Assembly (NCBI RefSeq): GCF_009914755.1
Contig: NC_060947.1
Reading direction: 5' to 3' (one strand)
Length of the DNA stretch: 64,000 nucleotides
DNA from: the human T2T-CHM13v2.0 reference genome, Homo sapiens
A program made the position numbers and the translations under genes. Below are positions 15,545 to 28,960 of the stretch, piece by piece (positions within the stretch are counted from its first letter, which is position 1; the number at the start of each line of letters is the position of its first letter). A model generated the notes under the pieces. That model worked only from the letters and a program-made list of their open reading frames with translations. It was not told the origin of the DNA and searched no databases.

Positions 15545-16620
15545 TGCTTGCCATGGCTTCCAAGGCTCCGCCCAGGGCAACCCTAATCTCCCCCTGCATG
15601 CCCCCGTTCTTCCTGCTCCAGCCTCACTCACCTTGCTTTCAGGCCCTCTCTCCAAATGCAGGACCTTTGCACATACCATTCCCACTGCCACTTTGCCTGG
15701 CTAGATCCCAATCATCGTTTGGCTCTCAGCCTGAGCATCACTTCTCCAAAGAAGCCTCATCTGACCTCCCCACTGGGTCAAATGACCCAATTGAGTTTCA
15801 TTACACCAAATACCTCCCTTTCCTAGGATCTGCCCCAGTTGCAATTTAACTTTGGATTATGTGAATACATAATATTTGTTTTTCTCCTCCATTGGGCCAT
15901 GACTATAGTGCAAGTACAATTAAAACGTGCCAATTAATGAATGAAAAACATTTTGGGGAACCTCTGAGACTTTGAACTTGTGGCTAACTAAAATCTGAAA
16001 GTCTTTTGAACATAAAGTTCTCTAAATTCATGTTCCATCTCTTCCTTCCCAGGATTCTGCTCCTGCATAATAGTCTTATCTCTCCTGCATTATCAATATC
16101 TCCTTTTTAACTTGCCAATCCCACTGGTTCATACACATGTCTAGATACTGCCTCATTTTCACACTCCCCTTCTTAGCAAAACCTCTTGGAAGAGTCATCC
16201 GTACTTGTCTGTGCTTTTCTCACCTCCCACTCTCTGGAGCCCACTTTCATAAGCCTGTGTCCCCATCATTTCGCTGAAACTGCTTTTGTCAAGGACACAA
16301 ATGACCAGTCGCCATGTGACAAGTTAGAACTCTTGCAGTGCCTGCGTCCATTCTTGTAGAAACATGTTCTTATCTTGGCTTTCATAAACCCACATATTCC
16401 TGGCTTTCCTTCGACCTCACTGGATTCAATTTCTCAGTCTTATTTGCTACTACCTAAAGTGATTTTGTCATGACTAGGTTTATTTCTTTATTGTCAGTTT
16501 CATCTAGTAGATTGGATGATCCACATGGCAGGAACCTTGTTTGCTTTGATGACTACTGTATCCTCCGCGTGCAGAATGTATCAGATGCTCAAGTCTTTGT
16601 TAAATGAATGAATGAGTACC
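15545..16620. mobile_element. L2 fragments
   Basis: GGACCTTTGCACAT..., GAAACTGCTTTTGTCAAGG, GGCAGGAACCTTG...AATGAATGAATGA (L2 3' end motif). Confidence 0.6.
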
Positions 16621-17732
16621 TCCTCCATTTGGATTTATTAATTTATGATTCTTCTACCTAGTGTATTAGCTATCCCCGTCTACTCTTGGCAAACACTCCT
16701 AAATTTTCATCCACCTTGTGGATAAAAATATAGATCTTAACAATCTTTCTTCCTTCAGGGTGACCTCAATTCATTGATCAGCATTCTTTGAGCACAATTG
16801 TTTTCAGCCAGCTTGGTAATCCTTGATTGTGCTGACACTCGGCACACATTTCTGTATATTGTCCACAAGGAAATAACAACTTCTGTTGTGGAAAAAGGCC
16901 ACCGTCTGTTTAGCACACACGAAGTCCTAGGTTTATTCAGCTGTTCAGCTGGGACAGGCACCTGTTAACAGGGTGATTTCCAAAATGCACTGTGAGCAAG
17001 TCCCACTTAAACCCCAGAAAGAAGAACAGATGTAACAATTATGCAACCCGCTGCATATTTCAATGCCCAGAAACTGCCTCATGGAGTAGGAACCAGCTCT
17101 TGTACCATATTCTAAGCAAGGTCAAGGAACACCTGCAGTGCAACAGTTTCTGCTGCTCTAATGAGGTCATTAAATGTGGTTTCAGGACTCTTCTCTCTTG
17201 TGAATGACCATTCGTCTGCTTTAGCACTTTCTAAAGTCCAGACTTTAGGAGGGCGAACATGTCTCTATTCTCCCATCTAGAAACTTTATCCAGGAAAGCA
17301 ATGAAGTTGAGGGTGAGGAGCCAACTGCTGTGATTTGATATTTTCTGGTTCCCTATAATCATCTCTTTCTTTTAAAATGTGCACAGAGACCTTAGTTGTA
17401 TGGTAAATCTACCATACATTTGTAGATGTACCCTATACATCACCATATATTTCCCCAATGTATTCGTGAAATAGAGGTTGGCAGGAAAAGTATTATCAAA
17501 ACTTTGCAGAAGAGAAAATTAAGATTCAGTGTGAGAGTGCCTTAGCTATGTTTCTAAGTCTCCAGTCACAAGGACTCCTTGTGAATTTCCCTTCCCGCCT
17601 ACCAATATCAGCATCCACTTAGAAGTGTGATGCACTAACTAGGTGACCTGCTGTTTTCTTTTGGACAAATTACCTAACCCCTTTGAGCCTGTTTCCTCAT
17701 CTTTGAGAGGCAGATAAGAATACCATTGGCCC

Positions 17733-18101
<369 letters not shown>

Positions 18102-18194
18102 TTAAGGTAAAGCCCTGCCTCCAGGCTTACTATTTTTGTTGGTATTGCCATGATCTGTTGAATCAATGTCTCCTTTTATTTGAGATGGGGACTC

Positions 18195-18458
18195 TGGGAA
18201 GTACAAGATCAAGACGCTGGCCGACTCAGTGTCTGGTGAGGGCTCGCTTCCTGGTTCATAAATGGCGCCTTCTCACTGTATCCTCAAGTGGTAGAAGGGC
18301 AAGGAGTCTCTCTGGGGTCTCTTATAAGAGAATTAATCCCACTCAGGAGAGTTCTGCCATCTTGACCATATCACCTTTCTAAAGCCTCCTAATACCATCA
18401 TCTTGGGGATTAGGATTTCAACATAGGAATTTTGGGGGTGCATCATTCAGCCCACAGT
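18195..18458 (-). mobile_element. MLT1A/MST-type MaLR LTR fragment
   Basis: AAGATCAAG...GTGTCTGGTGAGGGC...CTAATACCATCATCTTGGGGATTAGGATTTCAACAT. Confidence 0.75.
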
Positions 18459-19938
18459 GGAGTGCTCATTCCCAGCTCACCTGGAATGCTCTCAAGACTG
18501 GCTAAACTCTTCCCCTTATTGTCCTCTGTGTCCTCAGTCCCTCACAGAATGTTTATTGAATGAATGAATAGATAAATATAAAGAGAAGACAGACCTGGGA
18601 TCAAATCTCACCCTGGGCCTTAAAAGCTGAGCCTCTGTTTGCCCATCTGTAAAGTGAAGAAAATAGCCTCCTTACAGGGTTGGTAGGAGGATTTATATCA
18701 TAGCTACTTGGTATTTTTCTCTTTCCCACATTCAACTTAACCTCAGCCCTCTCCCCCTTTCATAATGGTATCCTCTTTACATTTTGTTCTTTCTTTTCAT
18801 TATTTTGCTCGTTGTCAAAGGTAGAAGCAAATGAGGAAGTAGATAGATTTGCCTTCTCCCTGTCATCTGATCTGCTCCAAACCGCACTTCCATCCATTTT
18901 TTTGGTCCCTCCTTCATCTAATCATGAGTTTTAAAATATCTTTTGTGATTTGTGGGTCACAAACGAAAGCATAGCACACACAAGGATAAAACATTAGCCA
19001 ATCAGTCAAGCTACATAATGTCCTGTTTAAAGTAAGGCAATCAAAAAAACCTAATTCTAATTCTAAAAACTGTTACGTTTCTTTTGATTTCTTGCAATGC
19101 AATTGAATTTGAGATAAAGAATCAAAATCCTCTTGGGGAATTACACTGAAGTAGCTTTCTATCTCCAAACAGGTCACATTTTGGGAGCAATTTCCCAATA
19201 TGTAAAATGAATAATGATTGCTTTAGAATAATCATAATTTCATACCCAAAAGGGATTTTAACTCTGTTAATTTTTTCTTTGTTCTGTCAAATGACTGATT
19301 GTGAAGCAATGATAAATCACTGCATTATTTTTTACCACTTAATAGCATGCCCATTATCCCCCACAGTTGACTGTGTTTTTCTCCCTTGAGTGCATTGGGA
19401 AACAGCAATTTTGTGAGTCAACCTAACCATTGGAAATGCCATTTAGGAAGCCAATTTGCTAATCGACTTTTGAGTGTGTACATCTTTGTGCCACAGCAAA
19501 GGGCCAGGAAAAAGTATGTAGGAGTGCGGCTATTGAAGTAGGATTAATCTTCTCTCTGTTTTCGGCTTTCGCTTTGCTAAGAAGTTTGTGTGGGTGGTGA
19601 GAGCAGATTGGCAGTCTTAGAAAACCAGGCTCCTTCTCTGGGGGAGAGATGTCCCTTTGCAGCAGCTGTGCACAGGGCTTCTGCACCTCCCCTGGGGACA
19701 GCTTGGTGTCTTGGCTCTGCCTTCAGAGCCAGGTCCTTTGGGGACAGTTCTCCCCACTCTTCCTGATGCCTGTTGTGTGGTCGTGTCTCACCTCGCTGCC
19801 TGCTGGCCCACTTGAGCCCAGCTCCTTCTCTGGAGAAGTTAATTATCAAATCCTAGCAAGAAGGGCAAGTGGTGATGGTAAGTGGTCCTTGGTCTGCTCC
19901 AAGAAACTACACTCCACTCAGAAGTGAGCCCAGTAGTC

Positions 19939-20293
<355 letters not shown>

Positions 20294-20782
20294 TCACGCA
20301 CGCTGTGAAACTTTGAATGACCTGAACCTGTTTGAGCAGCCCTTCCTCCTCTCTAGAATGGGAGAGGAATTCTGCCTCTCTTAAAAGGTTTGCTATGAAA
20401 TGAACTCTTGGCACTCTTTAGGGTGTAGTGCCAAGCCTCACTCTCAGAAAGTTCTTGATAAACAGTAACTATGGTTACTGAGCAGCTGGGGCGGCCCTGG
20501 AAGGACCCAGTGTGGGCAAAACCTAGCTCATCTTCACTCCTTAGCTTCTTCAGAAGGCTTTGCTTGTCAATTCATGCTATTTTGTGTGGGGTTGTGTGTG
20601 TCTCAAGGACACCCTTTAACTGTGAGTGACCTCCAGACTTCCACTTGATGTATATATATAAATAGGTGGAGATATACATGTAAGTATTTATGTATATTTA
20701 CTTATATAAATATTGACACCTCTCCCCTTTTGGTAGCATTAAATGATGTTTTTCTTGGTTGTCTCCTTTTATTAAGATTTTA

Positions 20783-21181
20783 TCTAGATTTTCTAGTTTG
20801 TGTGCATAAAGCTGTTCATAATAGTCTCTGAGTTTTTTTGTATTTCTGTGGGGTCAGTGATAATATCCCCATTGTCATTTCTAACTGTGTTTATTTGGAT
20901 CTTCTCTCTTTTTATTAGTCTAGCTAGTGGTCTATCTTATTAATTTTTTCAGAAAACCAACTCCTGGATTTGTTGATCTTTTGCATGGCTTTTTGTGTCT
21001 CCATTTCCAGACACTGGGGCCTACTTGAGGGTGGAGGATGGGAGGAGGGAGAGGATCGGAAAAAATACCTATCGAGCACTATGCTTATTACCTGGGTGAT
21101 GAAATAATCTGCACAACAAACCTATATAACAAACCTGTACTTGTACACCTGAACTTAAATAAAAAAGTAAAAAAAAAATAT
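20783..21181. mobile_element. 5'-inverted (twin-primed) older L1PA: antisense ORF2 piece 20783-21008 + sense 3' end 21009-21181
   Basis: Left part is the reverse complement of ORF2 sequence like that at 42110-42330; right part is an L1PA 3' tail with poly-A; TSD AGATTTTATC at 20775-20784 and 21182-21191. Confidence 0.85.
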
Positions 21182-21908
21182 AGATTTTATCAGAAGGAAA
21201 AAGGAATTCCTGGAATGGAACTCTAAACCCAGCATTAACTTAAGTTTGCTTTGGAGAGCTTTTTCTCCCTATGAGCTCAAACCATCTAGCAGTTCATTGC
21301 TCCCCACTGAAGGTGATGTAGCAGGGATGTCCACATGTGCATAAAGGGGGCTCCAAGGTGGGGGAGGTGGAGGACGAGTTAATGGCAAAGCCTGGTTGTT
21401 TTGACAGAAGCCACCGGCTGCTTAAACCCCATTCTCCCACCCCCACTGTGTCCTTGGCTTGGACCCACAGCAGTTGTCTCCCTTGCTGTTCCCACATCTT
21501 ACTCATAATCACTGACTGTTCTCAATTTGTTTTTTCCTGATTTCCTTTTTCTTATTCTTCCACCGCCTCATTTTTTTTTTTTTTTTTTTTTTGGTTTCCA
21601 TTTCCTCCTTCAATTCCTACCAGCCCCGGTTTTCCTTTCTTATGCTGTTCTCTGTGTTAACCAGGCGCAGCCAAACATTGCAGAGATTGCTTTGTACAGA
21701 GCCAGAGGGTAGCGTGGCCTTGAGTCGATGCTTCCCAGCCTTCTCTGCTTTTTGGTAGGATGAGGCCAAGTGATGTAGTGTGCTTATTGGTCCCACAGGA
21801 CAGTGGTCTCTGCTCTCTGTAAATGTCTCCTCTGTGTACACACTGGTGGCCCTGGTGACCTGTTGGATGGTCATTTGGGTAAACTAAATCACAAGCACAG
21901 TTAGAGAC

Positions 21909-22262
21909 TGATATGGTTTGGCTCCATGTCCCCACCCACATCTCATCTTGAATTGTACTCCCATAATTTGCACATGTTGTGGGAGGGACCTGGTGGGAGA
22001 TAATTTGAATCATGGAGGTGGTTTCCCCCATATTGTTCCCATGGCAGTGAATAAGTCTCATGAGATCTGATGGTTTTATCAGGGGTTTTGCTTTTGCATC
22101 TTCCTCGTTTTCTCTTGCCGCCGCCATGTAAGAAGTGCCTTTCACTTCCCACCATGATTCTGAGGCCTCCCTAGCCATGTGGAACTGTAAGTCCAATTAA
22201 ACCTCGTTTTCTTCCCAGTCTTGCATATGTTGTTATCAGCATCATGAAAACAGACTAATACA
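21909..22262 (+). mobile_element. THE1 solo LTR
   Basis: TGATATGGTTTGGCT...GACTAATACA; 5-bp TSD GAGAC/GTGAC. Confidence 0.92.
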
Positions 22263-22475
22263 GTGACCCCTCTGTGTGATGAATTAGTTGGTTCAAGGGA
22301 GCCTCAACACCTCTCTCTGCCACTGGCCTGCCCAAAGCACGGTGTTCCCATGCTCTGAGCTGCTCAGGTTAAGTTTCATGTCTCTGAGTGTGACTCACAG
22401 CTACTTGGGGATGCTCTTGACCACGTGAATCAAAAGTTATCTGCCAGGGTCTGGATTTTAACAAGTTTTTTGGGT

Positions 22476-22630
22476 CACTGCTACTCAGAGTAGCAGTGGA
22501 ACCAGCAGCAACAGTATCAGCTGGGAGCTTGCTAGAAATGCAAATTCATGGCCTCATCCTTGACCTCTTGCATCAGAAGCTCTGGAGGTTGTGCCCAGGC
22601 TCTGGGTGATTGTGATGCATGCTGATGTTG
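22476..22630. mobile_element. MER5A-like MITE
   Basis: CAGCAGCA...GGGAGCTTGCTAGAAATGCAAATTC...GGTGATTGTGATGCA. Confidence 0.7.
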
Positions 22631-22644
22631 GTCTAGGTTAAGGT

Positions 22645-23120
22645 AGTATATTCATTTCCTAAGGCTGCTGTAACAAATTACCACAAGCTTAAAACAACCA
22701 AAATGTATTCCCTTAAAGTTCCAGTGGTCAGAAGAGTGAAATCAATTTCACTGAGATCAAGTCAAAGTGTCAGCAGCACTGGTTCCTTCTGCAGCCTCCA
22801 GGGAAGAATTTTTTTACTTGCCCTTTCAGTTTCTTGTTATCACCTGTATTCCTTGACTTGTGGCCACTTCCTCCATCTTCAAAGCACATCACTCTAATCT
22901 CTTCTGACATCACATTGCATTATCTTCCATCTCTTCCTGCCTTCCTCTCATAAGGACCCTTATGATGACATTGGGCCAGCCTGGATCATCTCCTCTTCCC
23001 CAAATCCTTAATCACATCTGCAAAGTTTCCTTTGCCATATAAGGCAACATATTTTCAGCCTCTGGAATTAGGACATGGACATATTTGGTTGGTAAGGGGG
23101 CTTTATTCAGCCTTCCACAG
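22645..23120 (-). mobile_element. MLT1 LTR
   Basis: TTTCCTAAGGCTGCTGTAACAAATTACCACAA...TAAGGACCCTTATGATGACATTGGGCC...ATTCAGCCTTCCACA. Confidence 0.85.
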
Positions 23121-23526
23121 GCAGTATCTGAAAAGCTCCTTGTAAATATGTAAATTGTGTCACCTCAAAGCCAACAGACCAGCATTTATCGAAGGTCTTG
23201 GGTGTAATTATCCTACGAATCCATGCCATTCCAAAGGTTAGTGAGAGGAATCCCTAAGGTCCCTTTGAATGAGCACCTCAATATTCTAGGTGTTGTTAAG
23301 GGATTGTCTTAGAGATTCTCTAGAACAATCTCCTGAGCAGTAAGCATGGTTAGATCATTCCTATTAAAAGTCAGATAACTAGGACACTGGGCAGACAAGT
23401 AGCTTGCCCACACTCACACAGCTAACTTGAGATAGAGAGCAATGTGAGGCAGCCATTTTGACTCTAAAGCCACACAGCAGGTGGCTTTGCTGTAGTCCCT
23501 TATAGATGGTTTCTATTATGACCAGA

Positions 23527-23935
23527 GCAGTGCTTCTCAAACTTTAGTGTGCATCAGAATAATCTGAAGGGCTTGTTAAAATATAGGCTTCTGATTCAAC
23601 AGGTCTGGGATGGGGCCCGTGAATCTGCATTCTAACAATCTCAAAGTGATGTGGGTGATATTGCCAATCTGTGAGTCAGGCTTTTACTAGCACTGCTGTG
23701 GACCTCTTAGAGTTCAGGCTGAACTCTAAGAACCTCCTCACTTCGAAAGAACTGATGCTCCTCTAGTCACTTGGTCAAACTTTGGCAAGCATCAGATCAC
23801 CGGGAAAGCTTGTAAAATTCCTGGGCTGCACTTCTACAGTTTCCGATTCAGCAGGTCTGGAGTGAGGCCCATGGATATGCATTTAAGGCAAGCTTCCTTG
23901 ATGCTGTTGCTGCTAGTGCCATAACCAATCTGCTC
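23527..23935. mobile_element. Two MER5A-like MITEs
   Basis: CAGTGCTTCTCAAACTTTAGTGTGCATCAGAAT... and second copy GATTCAGCAGGTCTGGAGTGAGGCCC. Confidence 0.7.
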
Positions 23936-23949
23936 TGGTATAAAATGCA

Positions 23950-24200
23950 TGTCTCAGGGTTAACCCAAGGCCGAGGGAGCTGGGGTCTTTATCTACCAGC
24001 TACTCTGTCTTAGTTGAGGTCTGCTCCCAGAGGGTTATAATTCCTCAGCAATTCAGGCTGAGTCACCTTCATTGGCTTTAGGGAAAGACTTTAGGCAAAG
24101 AGATATGGACACTGGCAGTTAGAAGTTGGCTGGTGGGTATCATTGAGGAAGTAAGACCCCCAGTGATATAGGTGGGGTACCGACAGTATTTTTTACAGCG
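23950..24200. mobile_element. LTR16-like ERVL LTR fragment
   Basis: GGGAGCTGGGGTCTTTATCTACCAGC...TTAGGCAAAGAGAT...GGTACCGACAG resembles the other LTR16-like copies in this window. Confidence 0.5.
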
Positions 24201-24279
24201 AGTCACTCTACCTCACTGAGGCTTTCTCTTGTCACCTACAAAATGTATGGATGGGAAGTTGCAGAGTTATGTGTGCATA

Positions 24280-25053
<774 letters not shown>

Positions 25054-25179
25054 TAGTGCGCTTACTTGAGCTTACATATGGTAAGCTATGGCTAACCCTG
25101 GGTGTCAACCAAACAATTAATAGAAAGAAGGAAACATACTCAACAAAGGGCAAGTAGCTACGGGCTGCATTTAGACTGC

Positions 25180-25911
25180 TGTGATAGGCTGAACAACATC
25201 ACCCCCCAAAAATATCCATATCCTAATTCCTGGAACCTTTGACTATATTACATTATATGGTAAAAGGGATTTTGTAGATGTGATTAAGTTAAGGATCTTG
25301 AGGAGGGAGATTATACTGGATTATCTGGGTGGGCCCAATGTCATCACAAGGGTCCTTATAAGAGGGAAGTGGGGCCAGGCACAGTGGCTCATGCCTGTAA
25401 TCCCAGCACTATGGGAGGCAGCCAGATCACTTGAGGTGAGGAGTTCAAGACCAGCCTGGTCAACAGGGCGAAACCCTATCTTTACCAAAAATTACAAAAA
25501 TTAGCTGGGTGTGGTGGCCCGTGCCTGTAGTCCCAGCTATTCCGGAGGCTGAGGCATGAGACTCGCTTGAACCTGGGAGCAGAGGTTATAGTGAACCAAG
25601 ATCACACCACTGCACTCCAGCCTGGGCAATAGAGTGAGGCTCTGTCTCAAAAAAAAAAAAAAAAAAAAAAGAGAGAGAGAGAGAGAGAGGCAGGAGGACG
25701 AGAAGTAGAAAAAGGAGATGTGACAATAGACAATGAAATCAGAGGTTGGAATGATGCATTTTGCCAGTGGAGGAAAGATTTTCCCCTGAAGCCTCCAGAA
25801 GGAATATGGCCCTGCCAACAACTTGATTTTATGTTTCTGAACTCCAGGACTATAAGAAAATACATTTCTGTTTGTGGTAATTTGTTACAGCACAAGCAGG
25901 AAACTAATACA
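25180..25911 (+). mobile_element. MLT1B/C-type LTR containing an Alu
   Basis: TGTGATAGGCTGAA...GGGCCCAATGTCATCACAAGGGTCCTTATAAGAGGG...GGAAACTAATACA. Confidence 0.85.
25373..25670 (+). mobile_element. Alu
   Basis: Full Alu; poly-A followed by (GA)n. Confidence 0.93.
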
Positions 25912-26404
25912 ATCACTATCTGAACACTGTGGCAATACCATGAGCAGCAGCATGTAAAGGCTATGAGCCTTTGTACCTGAGGGATGCAGAGCAGAAAAGC
26001 GTCTCTACTTTTTAGTATAGTTGGCAGATTGGAGAAAGTTCAGGCAAGTTATTGCCCAGTGACCCAGTGAAAGCCCCAGGGGAAAAGTGAGTATTGTACA
26101 ACGTTTCACGGAAAAGGTCTACCGACTTTTGATTGCTTTATTCTTGGAAAGCCAACAGCTGGGGGTCAATTTGTAGAGAGGGAAGGAATCATGGATTGCT
26201 TCCAAGATCTCTGAACTAAACTCAAGTCACTGAATAGGGACAAAAACTGGCCTTTCAGTTTAAAAACCCAGGGGCAAGTTTGGCTACCTGGATGTCCACA
26301 CTACCAATTGTATAGAAACCGTTTCCTGAATTTAATGATTTTCAGTGTTATTTTAGTCTGTTTTTGTTTTGTGGACAATTTCTCTGAAGAAACTCTTAGG
26401 CCCT

Positions 26405-27146
<742 letters not shown>

Positions 27147-28069
27147 TAAAAGGCAAAGGTACAATTTTAATTCTTCCAATGATTAAAAAATTGTTTTATC
27201 CTAAAAGTAATTAAATCTCATTATAGAAAAATGGAGAAGATAAAAAAGAAAAATATCACCTTCTTTCCTAAGACTCTAATGTAATGTAACCACTATTTTT
27301 ACAATGGGTATATTTTCATATACATATACTGTACATCCACATCATGCTGTACATTCCTTTAAAATGCTTTTTCAATGAACGTTGTCTTAAAATCAGTTTT
27401 ACCACCATTACTTCAATGGCATTATGCTTGTGGAATGGTTCATTTCACCTTTCCCCAATTTTTGGGCAACTGTTCACCAATGTAAACAATATTGTGATAA
27501 ATGTCTTAGCGCACATAACTTTTTTTTAATTTAAGATTTTCTTTAGAATGGATTTCCAAAAGTGGAATTGCTGGGTTCCTGGTAATTAACACTCAAAAAA
27601 GAACATTTTAAGAAATCAGTGCTACATTGTCTGGAAGTGTGTCTAAACCGGGAACTTGTTTTTCTGAGCACGGAAATCTGTTTTTTCATCTAGATTCCAC
27701 GACAGAGTGATAATACCTCACCTCTGCCTCCTGAACAACTCGGCCTGGTTTCAGCCTGTGAAAATGATGCCAGTCCTGGAAGATGCCTAGTGACATTGCG
27801 GAGGGATGACCTGCTCCCAACCAAGGATTCTTTTCTTCCAGGATGATGTCCTCCGTCATAGGTTATGAGATGTGCCCTATAACCATTTATGCCAACAGGA
27901 CTGGTTCATTGAAATATATGGGCACCAGTTTTAACTGTTTTGGTGCATTGTGTTAGAAAGTAGCAGCAATTGAATCATTGTCGCTTGATTTCTGTCCCTT
28001 CGTTTTTCATGCCTGTCAGCAAGCAAAAGTGGGACAAATATTTGGAATTTCTTTTTTCTGGAACACCTT

Positions 28070-28960
28070 TTCTTAAAGTGTAAGATTTAAATGGTTTTCA
28101 GTACCAGTCATCACCATAATCAATTTTAGACCATTTCATCACCTCTAAAAGAAACATTAGGCTAGTTAGCAGTCACTTCCAATTATCCACCAACCCAGCT
28201 GCCACCCCCTCTCTCCCCACACCAGGCGACCTCTAATCTGTTTTCGGCTTCTATAGATTTGCCTATTCTGTACATTTCATGTAAATGGGAATCACATTAT
28301 GTGGCCTTTTGTGACTGGCTTCTTCCACTTAGCATAATGTTGTCAAGGTTCATGCATGTCGTAGCATGAATCAGTACTTCATTATTTTCATGGCTGAATA
28401 ATATTCCATTCCAAATAATATATATCCCTTCTATGGATGGACCACATTGTATTTATCCATTCATTGGTTCATGGACATTTGAGTTGTTTCCAGTTTTTGG
28501 CTATTATGAATAAGGCTGCTATGGGCATTTGTGTACAAGTTTTTGTGTGAACATATGTTTTCATTTCTCTTGGGTATACACCTAGGAGTAGAATTGCTGG
28601 GTGGCATGATAATTTTGTGTTTGACTTTTTGAGAAACTGCCAAAGTCTTTTCCAAAGCAGCTGTATAATTTTACATTCACACCAGCAGTGTATGAGGGTT
28701 CCATCGTTTCCACATTCTCACCAACACTCGTTCTTGTCTATCTTTCTTGTTATAGCCATCCTAGTGGGTGTGAAGTGGTATCTGATTGTGAGTTTGATTT
28801 GCATTTCCCTGATAGCTAATGTTATTGAACAGCTTTCATTGTTTATTGGTCATTCGTATATCTTCTTTGAAGAAACGTCTATTCCACTCCTTTGCCCATT
28901 ATTTTAGTTATTTGTGTTATTATTATTGAGTTGCAAGAGTTCTTTATATATTCTGGATCT
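28070..28960 (-). mobile_element. L1MB-like fragment
   Basis: Antisense ORF2 end and 3'UTR (GCCATCCTAGTGGGTGTGAAGTGGTATCT, CACTTAGCATAATG). Confidence 0.85.
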
